DNA of 53,046 bases from Patescibacteria group bacterium (GCA_038057405.1 JBBUDH010000005.1:1-53046); one strand, 5' to 3'; counted from the first letter of the stretch, positions 16,475-24,725 are shown. A program made the numbers and translations. The notes: a model not told the origin generated them from the sequence alone.

Positions 16475-17482
16475 ATGGAAAAGTTTGACCTTGATGCAGC
16501 TATCAAAGACTGCGAGCTGCACGAATGGACACCGGAGGCGATCGAGGCGTACAAACGAGCCGCAGTGGCCAAGGCGCCTCCACCAAGCACCGCATGGGAA
16601 CATCGAAAGGCTATCGTCGTCTGCGCTCGAATCGCTGTCACCGTCGGACTGATGGCCGTCTGTGCAATCATCATCGGTTTCGTCTATTCGGCATGGTTTG
16701 TGGTGCTGGTAAGTATCACAGCCTTCGTTGGAATGGGTGTCGGGACTCATTTTCTCGACAAAGCGATGAAAAGTACCGTAAAGCCCGCAATTTGGGAAAC
16801 GGAACACTTCAACTTCCACGGCGACATACCAACGGGGGCGAACATCCTCTTGCGACGGATGCGCGATTCCGGTGATTCCGATACGAATGCTGAGGTCTTT
16901 GTGCTGAGGCAGTATCGAGCATCCGGCCGTTCAGAGTGGCTCGGCTCGATTTTCTGCTTCGGAGGGCGGTATCTTGCGGTGTCCGATGAAAAACGCAACA
17001 TCGTTCTGCCGCCCGGAATTGAGCCTGACGATGAGTCGAAACACACTCTTGTCGTGGACGGCTCGATGAAACTTCACGACATGATCCGAGCGGCACGAAT
17101 GCGGCGCGATGATACCGAAATCAATGCGAAACGATTTCCGGTTGACCCGTCGCTGGCAGGTCGTTGGCTATGGAAGATATATCCATGGCAAGAGGAGATG
17201 GAATCGCCGGAAGCGGTGGCCGCAATCATGGCGAAAAACGGTTTCGTGCTGGCCCGCCATGAGCACGGCCTTGCCTTCGAGGCTCAGTTCCCGATGCGGC
17301 ACCCGAGTTGGCTATTAATCTGCGCGGGATGGCAGTCTAAGCACTCGTGGCACAACTTCGAGGAAGTGCTTTGCTTCTCGACAATGTACGGTCGGGTGAC
17401 GATGGAGCTAATAGATGATATCGGCTGGTACCGAATGGAAGACCGAGGAAATTACTTCCTCGGTGTCCGCCGGGCTACCTAA
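16475..17482 (+). CDS. membrane protein (335 aa), cargo F of cassette 2, function unknown
   Basis: AAGGAG lies 7 nt before the ATG at 16475. Two adjacent TM helices (IVVCARIAVTVGLMAVCAIIIGF and WFVVLVSITAFVGMGVG) precede a Trp/His-rich soluble domain of about 230 aa. Confidence 0.7.
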   Translation: MEKFDLDAAIKDCELHEWTPEAIEAYKRAAVAKAPPPSTAWEHRKAIVVCARIAVTVGLMAVCAIIIGFVYSAWFVVLVSITAFVGMGVGTHFLDKAMKSTVKPAIWETEHFNFHGDIPTGANILLRRMRDSGDSDTNAEVFVLRQYRASGRSEWLGSIFCFGGRYLAVSDEKRNIVLPPGIEPDDESKHTLVVDGSMKLHDMIRAARMRRDDTEINAKRFPVDPSLAGRWLWKIYPWQEEMESPEAVAAIMAKNGFVLARHEHGLAFEAQFPMRHPSWLLICAGWQSKHSWHNFEEVLCFSTMYGRVTMELIDDIGWYRMEDRGNYFLGVRRAT

Positions 17483-17493
17483 TGGCTTAACGC

Positions 17494-17537
17494 AAAGCGG
17501 CGCGGGATTCTATCCCGCGCCGCTTATTCTTTTCCTT
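17494..17537. terminator. rho-independent terminator between cargo F and convergent rplK
   Basis: AAAGCGGCGCGGGA-TTCTA-TCCCGCGCCGCTT followed by ATTCTTTTCCTTTATT. Confidence 0.75.
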
Positions 17538-17547
17538 TATTCTGGAA

Positions 17548-17970
17548 TTAAATGTCCGAGTCGATGCCCATGCTTCTCGCGGTGCCGGCTATGGTCTTCT
17601 TCGCCTGCTCCATGTCGTTGGCATTCATGTCCTCCATCTTCTCTTTGACGATATCCTCAAGCTGCTGATTCGTGAGTCGGCCTACCTTGTTCTGCGCCTT
17701 ATCAGAGCCCTTTTCCATACCCATCGCCTTGAGAATAAGGCGGGAGGCCGGCGGCTTCTTGACGATAAAGGTGAACGTGCGGTCCTTGTAGACGGTGAGC
17801 AGTACCGGGACGATAGAGCCCGCCATCGGACGCGTGAGGGTGTTGAACTGGTTGACGAACTCGCCGATGTTCACGCCTGCAGGCCCGAGCGCGGTACCGA
17901 CCGGAGGCGCGGGTGTCGCGGCGCCTGCAGCTATCTGCAATTTGATTATTTTTGTGATTTCTTTTGCCAT
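17548..17970 (-). CDS. rplK: 50S ribosomal protein L11
   Basis: [43 protein letters not shown]. Confidence 0.97.
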   Translation of the reverse strand: MAKEITKIIKLQIAAGAATPAPPVGTALGPAGVNIGEFVNQFNTLTRPMAGSIVPVLLTVYKDRTFTFIVKKPPASRLILKAMGMEKGSDKAQNKVGRLTNQQLEDIVKEKMEDMNANDMEQAKKTIAGTARSMGIDSDI

Positions 17971-18011
17971 GGTGAAATAGTTTTTAGTTTGTAGTTTTCA
18001 GTTTTTAGAAA

Positions 18012-18554
18012 TTAGACTCTTTGGACTTGGTCGGCTTCGAGCTCCACGGGAGTCTCGCGGCCGAACATCGGAACTAAGACTTTAACCTTTCCACGCTCTT
18101 CGTCAATCTCCCCTACCTTGCCCTCGAGGTCTTTGAACGGTCCGTCGATAATAATGACCGCATCGCCCTCGGAGAGGTCAATCGCGTGGCGTACGGTGTC
18201 ACCGCCCGCGCGCTTCAATATCTTCTCGACTTCGTCGGGAAGGAGCGGCACGGCCTGATTCGCGGTACCGACGAATCCCGTGACCTGCGGCGTGTTGCGC
18301 ACGACGCTCCACGCGTCATCCGAAGCAATCATGTCTACGAGCACATACCCTGGGAAGGTCTTCTCCTTGGTCTCTGTGCGGCGGCCGTTCTTTATCTTTA
18401 TCTTGTTCTCGGTCGGGACGACGACCTGAAAAATCTTGTCCGTCATGCCGAACGACTCAATGCGCTGCTTCAGATTGCGCGCAACCGCATCCTCATACCC
18501 CGAGTACGTGTGTATGGCGTACCACTGGCGCTCTTCACCGTGTGTCTGCTTCAT
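18012..18554 (-). CDS. nusG: transcription termination/antitermination factor NusG
   Basis: WYAIHTYSGYEDAVARNLKQRIE forms the NGN domain. The C-terminal KOW region reads GDAVIIIDGPFKDLEGKVGEID. Confidence 0.95.
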   Translation of the reverse strand: MKQTHGEERQWYAIHTYSGYEDAVARNLKQRIESFGMTDKIFQVVVPTENKIKIKNGRRTETKEKTFPGYVLVDMIASDDAWSVVRNTPQVTGFVGTANQAVPLLPDEVEKILKRAGGDTVRHAIDLSEGDAVIIIDGPFKDLEGKVGEIDEERGKVKVLVPMFGRETPVELEADQVQRV

Positions 18555-18555
18555 A

Positions 18556-18831
18556 TTATTGCTGCGAGGTCGTCGCGAAGCCCGTAAACTCCAGCGCGGG
18601 ACTTGAGGTCGAGAGCGGCTGCGCGGTGCTTACGGGTTCAACTCCCGGCAACACCAGCAAGAAGCGTGAGAGACCCGTGGTGAAAATGTAATCGAAGAGT
18701 CCGAGATAGAGAGATACACCGACGGAAATAGCGACGACGAGTATCGTGTAGACGATGGTCTGCAAGCGCGTCGGCCATGCGACGTGCCGCAATTCACCCT
18801 GAGTATCTTTGATGTATTGTATGAAGGACAT
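18556..18831 (-). CDS. secE: preprotein translocase subunit SecE with a C-terminal extension
   Basis: ELRHVAWPTRLQTIVYTILVVAISVGVSLYLGLFDYIF, in the canonical position directly upstream of nusG. Confidence 0.85.
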   Translation of the reverse strand: MSFIQYIKDTQGELRHVAWPTRLQTIVYTILVVAISVGVSLYLGLFDYIFTTGLSRFLLVLPGVEPVSTAQPLSTSSPALEFTGFATTSQQ

Positions 18832-18847
18832 AGAGATTATTCAGTCA

Positions 18848-18871
18848 TTTTAAAAACGCCTCTCGGCGTTT
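18848..18871 (-). terminator. small terminator-like hairpin about 20 nt upstream of secE
   Basis: On the minus strand, AAACGCC-GAGA-GGCGTTT is followed by TTAAAATG. Confidence 0.45.
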
Positions 18872-18937
18872 CAGATATAGTATTCCAACGGGTACGGAAG
18901 TCAAGCGACGCATTTCCAGCCGCCAAGTGAGGGGCGG

Positions 18938-19020
18938 TGCATTGCGAGGGTGTCTCGCAGGCCGACGGGCCGAGAGGCAGCGCTGCCGCAGCAGCGGCAG
19001 ACAGCGACCCTCGCAGTGCA
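18938..19020. ncRNA. structured intergenic element, copy A (candidate ncRNA or structured repeat)
   Basis: A 14-bp closing stem (18938-18951 pairs with 19007-19020) encloses two hairpins: GGCC-GACG-GGCC (18960-18971) and CTGCCGC-AGCA-GCGGCAG (18983-19000). It is homologous to copy B at 35601-35696, with compensatory changes. Confidence 0.5.
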
Positions 19021-19032
19021 TTGCCCTGAGCG

Positions 19033-19848
19033 CTATCGTATCTCGTACGTGACCGTCACGTTCGATACAATTTTGTTCTGACCGAGGGCAATTTCGGGAG
19101 ACGGCGGCATCGCGGCATCCGAGGCACCTCCCATACCGAGCGCCATTGTCTTTGCGTAATAAACCCGTCCGTCCCCACCCTCGCTGAAGCCCACGACGCG
19201 CACGATACTTACCCCGAGCGCATCGGCGAGCGCCTCTGCCTTTTCCTTTGCCTTTGCGATGGCTTTGTCGCGCGCCTGTGCGTCTAGCGCATCCTGGTCG
19301 TCTATCGTGAATGAGAGACCGGAAACCGACGACGCGCCTTTCGAACCGACACCCGCGAGCAGGTCGCCCGCCTTCTTCGTGTCGCGCACCTTTACGGTCA
19401 ACGTCTCCGATACTTGGAATCCGCGGAGAACTTGTTTACCCGGCGGGCAGTAGCCTCCCGAGCACACGGTGTTGGTGTAATCGTACTGTGGGTACACGCT
19501 GTAATCGGTAGTCTGAATATCTTTTTCATCGACACCCTGTGACTTCAGATAGGATTTGATGTCGTTGCCCTTCTTGGTCGCGACTTCCTGCGCGGCTTTT
19601 ACGTCTTTTGCTTCTTCCTGCACCGTGACCGAGAACGTCGCGGTGTCGGGCACCGCAAAGACTTCGCCGTCACCCGAGACAGTGATGGTATTCGAAGCGG
19701 CTACACCGCTGCCGATGTAGTGATATTGCTTGAGCGAGGAAATGGTAAGGACAAGCAGAAACAATCCGAGCATGGCGAGGGCAAACATGCCCGCCGTCTG
19801 CATCCGCTGCGGCGGCACGATGTGTATCTCTTTCTTTTCAATATCCAT
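19033..19848 (-). CDS. SIMPL/DUF541-domain periplasmic protein
   Basis: An N-terminal TM/signal anchor is followed by a pattern typical of SIMPL proteins: ITVSGDGEVFAVPDTATFSVTV...AKDVKAAQ...NKIVSNVTVTYEI. Confidence 0.85.
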   Translation of the reverse strand: MDIEKKEIHIVPPQRMQTAGMFALAMLGLFLLVLTISSLKQYHYIGSGVAASNTITVSGDGEVFAVPDTATFSVTVQEEAKDVKAAQEVATKKGNDIKSYLKSQGVDEKDIQTTDYSVYPQYDYTNTVCSGGYCPPGKQVLRGFQVSETLTVKVRDTKKAGDLLAGVGSKGASSVSGLSFTIDDQDALDAQARDKAIAKAKEKAEALADALGVSIVRVVGFSEGGDGRVYYAKTMALGMGGASDAAMPPSPEIALGQNKIVSNVTVTYEIR

Positions 19849-19917
19849 AAAAAAGGACGTGAATATATAATGAACCTAGTATACCTCCTTCTGACGCGCT
19901 AAGCGGGCGAAACTTAC

Positions 19918-20118
19918 TCAAATGGCACCCAGATCGGCATATCCCGAAAGGAGCGCGGGAATAGCGAAGACAAGGCCCAAGAGCGGCAACACGAAGGCCA
20001 CGACAGAAACGACAATGACGGCAAGAAAATACTTGCGTGTCTTTTCCGCCGACACATAGGTCGCGTCGAGTCTCTTCTCAAGCGCATCAAGCTTTTGTCG
20101 CAGCTCTGTATCCTCCAT
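19918..20118 (-). CDS. small membrane protein (66 aa)
   Basis: An amphipathic N-terminus is followed by one or two TM segments (YFLAVIVVSVVAFVLPLLGLVFAIPALL). No clear SD. Confidence 0.45.
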   Translation of the reverse strand: MEDTELRQKLDALEKRLDATYVSAEKTRKYFLAVIVVSVVAFVLPLLGLVFAIPALLSGYADLGAI

Positions 20119-20130
20119 ACAGACAGCGTA

Positions 20131-20838
20131 TCACGCTTCCTCTCCCTCGTCGGCGAGAAAGATCGCGCGGTCTTTCGGGAAGAGCCACTCCGCGATATGG
20201 AAAATGCCGTAGGTGATGAAAAACGCCGAGGCGACATCGATGGAGTAGTGCAGGTGGCCGAGAAGGACAATCGCGCCGAAGTAGACGGACGCCGCGAGAA
20301 AGAAGTAGCGAGCCCGTTTTTCATGCCAAAACATAAGTGCCATGAGAAATGCGAGCCCCGTATGGCCGGAGAAAAAGAGGTCGCCGCCGAAGAACATCCG
20401 GCCTATGACAGTCCCAAAATCGAAAGAATCTACTCCGCTCATCGGGAACGGCCCCAAGTGGGTAAGCGTAATGAAGGCTGCCCGGATGAAATAGAATAGC
20501 GCGATGGTGTGGAGCGCGAACGGAATGCGCTTGGGATGCGCCGCGATGAGCGCCGCGCCCAGAACGATAAAAAAGAAAGTCCCGTAGACGAAGAGACCGT
20601 CCACATCGAATATCGGGGTGTTTGAAAGAATGATATCCGTGACAGGATTGCTCGCACGCTCGGTCGAGTATCCGATGGCAAAAAATGAAACGATGAGGCT
20701 CGCCGCGAAGGTGAGGACGGAAAGCAGCACGGAAACGCGGAATTCCTGTTGCGCACCGTAGTGCCTGTAGCGCCGCCAGAGCTCCGCATGGGGGCGCGGA
20801 TGACGATGAAGCGGCACCGGTGTACGGGTCTCAGTCAT
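20131..20838 (-). CDS. PAP2_C / sphingomyelin-synthase-like membrane phosphotransferase-family protein
   Basis: Polytopic protein with the paired motifs FSGHT (LFFSGHTGLAF) and HYSIDV (GHLHYSIDVASAF). Confidence 0.75.
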   Translation of the reverse strand: MTETRTPVPLHRHPRPHAELWRRYRHYGAQQEFRVSVLLSVLTFAASLIVSFFAIGYSTERASNPVTDIILSNTPIFDVDGLFVYGTFFFIVLGAALIAAHPKRIPFALHTIALFYFIRAAFITLTHLGPFPMSGVDSFDFGTVIGRMFFGGDLFFSGHTGLAFLMALMFWHEKRARYFFLAASVYFGAIVLLGHLHYSIDVASAFFITYGIFHIAEWLFPKDRAIFLADEGEEA

Positions 20839-20858
20839 GCAAAGAGTATACTACTCGT

Positions 20859-21464
20859 ATGTCCGTCGAATCCATAACCCCCCTCATCATCGAGTACCGC
20901 TACTGGATACTCGTCCCACTATCAATCGTAGAAGGACCCATCGTGGCTTTCGTGGCCGGGACCCTCGCCGCAACGGGTTACTTCAATATCTACGCCCTCG
21001 GTGTCTTTTTCTTTGTCCGTGACATGGTCATGGACGCGCTGTATTACGCCCTGGGCCACTTCGGCGGACGTACGATCCTGGCGCAGCGGCTGCTGCACAG
21101 AATAGGCATACGGCAGAACCATCTTGAGGAGGTGCGGACGCTCTGGGAGCGTCGCCCGGGTGTGACTATGTTCTTGGGAAAACTCTCCTATGGCATCGCA
21201 TCAAGTTTTATTGTGGTGGCAGGAATGGTACGGATGCCGCTCGGCAAATTTTTCGGATGGGGAGCGCTTGCCGCCGTCGCCCAATACGGAGTGTTATTGT
21301 TGCTTGGCTATTTTTTCGGCAATACGCTCGGAGGCGGAGCGGTAATAGTATTTGAACGCGCACAATATGTGCTCGCAGCGATCGGGCTCGTCGCGGCCAT
21401 TTATTACATTGGAAGCCGTTACGCGCGCAAACGTCTTATGTCAGAAACCCACCACCATGGATAA
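20859..21464 (+). CDS. DedA/VTT-domain membrane protein
   Basis: YWILVPLSIVEGPIVAFVAGTLAA...FLGKLSYGIASSFIVVAGMVRMP. The start is set at the ATG at 20859. Confidence 0.8.
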   Translation: MSVESITPLIIEYRYWILVPLSIVEGPIVAFVAGTLAATGYFNIYALGVFFFVRDMVMDALYYALGHFGGRTILAQRLLHRIGIRQNHLEEVRTLWERRPGVTMFLGKLSYGIASSFIVVAGMVRMPLGKFFGWGALAAVAQYGVLLLLGYFFGNTLGGGAVIVFERAQYVLAAIGLVAAIYYIGSRYARKRLMSETHHHG

Positions 21465-22155
21465 CTCCGCCAAGCAAGTTTCGTGCATCATCGCGGCATA
21501 CAATGAAGGACCGCGTATCGCCCATGTGTTACGCGCGGTAATCGACCATCCGCTCGTACATGAAATTATCGTAGTTGATGACGGATCTGCGGATAACACT
21601 AAGGAGGTCGTGTCGCAGTTTCCGCAAGTCCGCTTGCTCGCGCTGGAGAAAAACGGCGGCAAATCACACGCCGTTGCGGAAGGTATACAGAGGGCCACGG
21701 GAGAATTCATATTCTTGCTCGACGCCGATCTCGCCGGGCTGAGCCCTGAATATCTGACGAACCTCATTGAACCCGTCGTCTCGGGCAAGGCTGATATCTC
21801 AATCAGCTTGAGGGGCAACACATTCATCGTATGGCGCTGGATAGGAATTGATTATATTTCCGGTGAACGTGTTTTCGCGAGACGGTTCATCGAACCGCTT
21901 CTTGAACGCATATCAAGACTCCAAGGATTCGGCCTTGAAGTCTATATGAATAAATTCATCTTAAAGCAGCAGCTACGCATTGCGGTAGTGCGCTGGGACA
22001 CTGCAGAGAGCGCATTCAAGCACCAAACGCCCGGACAATGGTGGTTGCTCGGCATAAAGAAAGACTACATCCGCATGGCCTGGCTCGTCATGAAGACCAT
22101 CCCGCCGTGGGAGGCACTCTGGCAGATATGGTCGATGCGTCGCCAACGCATTTAA
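21457..22155 (+). CDS. family 2 glycosyltransferase
   Basis: VSCIIAAYNEGPRIAHVL...IIVVDDGSADNT...FLLDADL. The ATG overlaps the dedA-like stop (ATGGATAA). Confidence 0.85.
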   Translation: MDNSAKQVSCIIAAYNEGPRIAHVLRAVIDHPLVHEIIVVDDGSADNTKEVVSQFPQVRLLALEKNGGKSHAVAEGIQRATGEFIFLLDADLAGLSPEYLTNLIEPVVSGKADISISLRGNTFIVWRWIGIDYISGERVFARRFIEPLLERISRLQGFGLEVYMNKFILKQQLRIAVVRWDTAESAFKHQTPGQWWLLGIKKDYIRMAWLVMKTIPPWEALWQIWSMRRQRI

Positions 22156-22313
22156 TGAACGATATTCATATTAGAACCCGTGCGGACGAGTGGCGAAAAA
22201 ACTACCTCACGACTCATTGACTCTTCACAAAAGAGTTGTACGCTGCTGGCTGGTACTGAATCAGACTTTGACATTAACGTTGCAAATCCGCCCCGCGCGG
22301 AGAAGGAGGCAAA

Positions 22314-22946
22314 GTGGACTTCACCCTGAATCAATACGTGCTGTGGGTAGAATACACGGCATGCCAGTGGTTATTCCTGATTTCGCTCGCGATGCGGGCG
22401 AATCACGAAGGCTACTGGACGATGAAACAGGTTCGCGTGCATCAAAAGCGCGACCCGCACGATAAAATCGCCTGCCTCAACCAGCATCCAGGATATTGGA
22501 CCGGCTACGGAGTGGCCGTGCTCATATCCTTCATACTGGTACGACACGCCGGCGAGTGGTCGTTGCCGGTAGTGTTACCGATGGGCTTCGCGTCCGCCGC
22601 GATCATCGCGCTCGGCCCCGTAAGAGCGTGGGCAAAGGACACGGAGAACAACAACCTCCTGGAATCGCTGGCTCGCTACGGACTGGTCAGCATTTCAGGC
22701 GCGATGCTTAATGCCCAATACTTGGCATTCGTCTCGACGGTGTTCGTTCTGTACTTCCTCACACCCGGTCTGGGGTCGATTGAGGTTGTGGTGGCCGGCT
22801 TCCTGGTCACTGCCTCACTTGCACTAGGCATCCTCGTGCCATCGAGGGTGACCTACAAAAGGATCACCCCAACGGCGGGAATGTTCTTCACGCTGATGGC
22901 GGCAGTAGTGATCGCAATCACGCTTGAGCGGTTCTACTTCGGCTAA
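22314..22946 (+). CDS. polytopic membrane protein, function unknown
   Basis: GTG start with AAGGAGG 4 nt upstream; at least 5 hydrophobic helices. Confidence 0.65.
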   Translation: MDFTLNQYVLWVEYTACQWLFLISLAMRANHEGYWTMKQVRVHQKRDPHDKIACLNQHPGYWTGYGVAVLISFILVRHAGEWSLPVVLPMGFASAAIIALGPVRAWAKDTENNNLLESLARYGLVSISGAMLNAQYLAFVSTVFVLYFLTPGLGSIEVVVAGFLVTASLALGILVPSRVTYKRITPTAGMFFTLMAAVVIAITLERFYFG

Positions 22947-22997
22947 GCGCAACAAGCAGCATAATCGAATGGTTGCGAGTTACGGTCTTGAAGTCTA

Positions 22998-23028
22998 CGG
23001 ACGGCTTTCCCAGCCGTCCGGATTTTTT
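22998..23028 (+). terminator. rho-independent terminator
   Basis: CGGACGGCT-TTCCC-AGCCGTCCG followed by GATTTTTT. Confidence 0.75.
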
Positions 23029-23554
23029 ATGGAGACAGGCGGTACATCGGCTTGATGCGGAGCAGGTAGATGTTGGCGAGGGTGAATCCTATCGCGAAAA
23101 GCCATGTGGCTTCGAGTGCGTAGCCCAAAAACACGCCCAAAATGAACACCGCGCACGCGAACGCTCCGAGCGCATCAATACTAGTCTTACGTTCCACGGT
23201 CGCCTCGTAAGGAGTACGACCGCGCATAAGGACATATTTGACGGTCGCGAGAGCAAAAAGCGTGAATGCCGCGAAGGCAAAGTATGTCGGCTCGCCCATT
23301 GAGAACGCGAGTGCGAGGTAGGCTAAGACGAGGATGGCATCTATGAGAAATTGCCGCGAATCCTGCGGCTGCAGTGCGCTCCAGAAGCGAATCGAGAAAT
23401 AGGTATTGATGACGAGAACCGCGTAGATAACAACATGCGGCAGAAGAAACGGACCCACGACGGAATAAAAGAGGAGCGATACGATTCCCGAGAGCGAAAA
23501 CACGCTTGTCGCAAAAACGGCCTTTGCGGTCGGATTTCCCATACTCCCAATCAT
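23027..23554 (-). CDS. polytopic membrane protein, function unknown
   Basis: The start at MIGSMGNP overlaps the upstream GT2 stop as ATGA. The rest of the protein is hydrophobic throughout. Confidence 0.6.
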   Translation of the reverse strand: MIGSMGNPTAKAVFATSVFSLSGIVSLLFYSVVGPFLLPHVVIYAVLVINTYFSIRFWSALQPQDSRQFLIDAILVLAYLALAFSMGEPTYFAFAAFTLFALATVKYVLMRGRTPYEATVERKTSIDALGAFACAVFILGVFLGYALEATWLFAIGFTLANIYLLRIKPMYRLSP

Positions 23555-24258
23555 CGCACATCCCGATACTCTTTGGTAAAGGGGCGTCCGAATAACGCGG
23601 GCCACAGGTAGTTGAAGACGTAGCGGATGTTGACTGTCCAGATGCCCTCCTTTTCAAAGCGGCGCGCGGAAGCGTAGGTGTAGAAGTCCATGCGAAATAG
23701 GGTCTTCCCTACCTTGCTCAAGCGGCGTGCGAGGTCTGTGTCCTCGCCATAGAATTTTATCGAACGGTCAAAGCCCCCGATCTTTTCGAGGGCCGAGCGC
23801 TTCACGACAAAATTGCCGCCCAATATCATGTACCCCACGATGTAATACGCGAGCGGCGATATGTACCACATCGCATTCAAAAGCCATCGCCGGTACCATA
23901 CCGTACCGAAGTAGCGGCGGGGACCGCTGAGCGAGACGATGCCCGGCCGCTCGCGAAACGACCGCTCCACCACGCTCATCCAGTGCTCTGTGATAAGCGT
24001 ATCGGCATCGATATAGGCGAGATATTCGCTTGTTGAACTCTCAAAACCCCGCTGGCGCGCACTCGGAAGCCCTTTCTCCGGCTCGAAGACCGCGCGAGCG
24101 CCGTGCAGGCGGGCAACCTCGGCTGTACGGTCCGTAGAGACATTGTCTACAACGATGATTTCCTTGAACTTCCCTCCCGAGTTCTTTCTCGCAACATCTA
24201 TCGTCTCGCCGAGGACGGACTCCTCATTGTGAGCACAAATAATCAGGGTGATGTCCAT
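23551..24258 (-). CDS. family 2 glycosyltransferase
   Basis: ITLIICAHNEESVL...IIVVDNVSTDRT...AYIDADT. Confidence 0.85.
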   Translation of the reverse strand: MDITLIICAHNEESVLGETIDVARKNSGGKFKEIIVVDNVSTDRTAEVARLHGARAVFEPEKGLPSARQRGFESSTSEYLAYIDADTLITEHWMSVVERSFRERPGIVSLSGPRRYFGTVWYRRWLLNAMWYISPLAYYIVGYMILGGNFVVKRSALEKIGGFDRSIKFYGEDTDLARRLSKVGKTLFRMDFYTYASARRFEKEGIWTVNIRYVFNYLWPALFGRPFTKEYRDVR

Positions 24259-24264
24259 AGAAAA

Positions 24265-24606
24265 TCACGGTAGATATTTCTCAATTATCAATACTCCGCG
24301 TTTTATCGCCACGAATACGTACGCCCACAGAAGCGGCAGCCAGAGCGGCATGACACCGAGGAGACTCCGTCGCTCAAAGGTCTCAACGCCCGTGGAAATG
24401 AAGAAATACTCCGAGACAAAAAGAACGAGGCAGCCGATGATGAGGTAGGTGAAATCATGGCGTTGATATCTGAAAGAAGATACGCCGATAATCGCGATAT
24501 AAATTCCGGTGAGCAAAAAGTCATTGCGCACATACGGGATGAGTGCGATCATGAAAAATATAGGGGCAGCTATGGCAACGAGGCGCACCACTACCAAGGT
24601 CGGCAT
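24265..24606 (-). CDS. small polytopic membrane protein (113 aa)
   Basis: Four hydrophobic segments, in operon position upstream of the GT2 gene. Confidence 0.6.
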   Translation of the reverse strand: MPTLVVVRLVAIAAPIFFMIALIPYVRNDFLLTGIYIAIIGVSSFRYQRHDFTYLIIGCLVLFVSEYFFISTGVETFERRSLLGVMPLWLPLLWAYVFVAIKRGVLIIEKYLP

Positions 24607-24629
24607 CGCGTCATTATACCCTCTTCATT

Positions 24630-24705
24630 TGGGGCGACTATCGGGAATTGAACCCGAATCGAGAGCTCCACAAGCTCCAGTGTTAACCGTTACACCATAG
24701 TCGCC
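24630..24705 (-). tRNA. tRNA-His: tRNA-His (anticodon GTG) with encoded G-1 and CCA
   Basis: Cloverleaf folded by hand: G-1, acceptor GCGACTA/TAGTCGC, D-stem GTGT/ACAC, anticodon loop TTGTGGA, T-arm TCGGG-TTCAATT-CCCGA, discriminator C, then CCA. Confidence 0.9.
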
Positions 24706-24725
24706 ATCGAACTCTTGAGTTATAG

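Noticed and set aside
17205-17280. HicA-toxin-like motif (AIMAKNGFVLARHEHG) in cargo F and C-terminal GF motifs in cargo C and D
   Set aside because: The similarity is limited to a few residues (KNGF.L.R..H). It sits inside a much larger membrane protein, and no HicB-like partner is present. This is too weak to support a toxin-antitoxin call.
17971-18011. AT-rich nusG-rplK spacer with reiterated AAAACT units as an L1-type autoregulatory leader
   Set aside because: No stem-loop resembling the L1 binding site is evident, and no rplA is present. It is probably just an AT-rich spacer or promoter region.
18938-19020. Copy A as a known housekeeping RNA (SRP/4.5S, 6S, tmRNA, RNase P)
   Set aside because: The size and the conserved motifs of those families (such as the SRP domain IV symmetric loop, the tmRNA tag ORF, or the RNase P P4) are not recognisable. 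The presence of two diverged copies also argues against a single-copy housekeeping RNA.
19914-20324. 136-aa Ser/Arg-rich minus-strand ORF
   Set aside because: It overlaps both the PAP2-like gene and the 66-aa TM gene in another frame, and its composition is typical of an off-frame translation.
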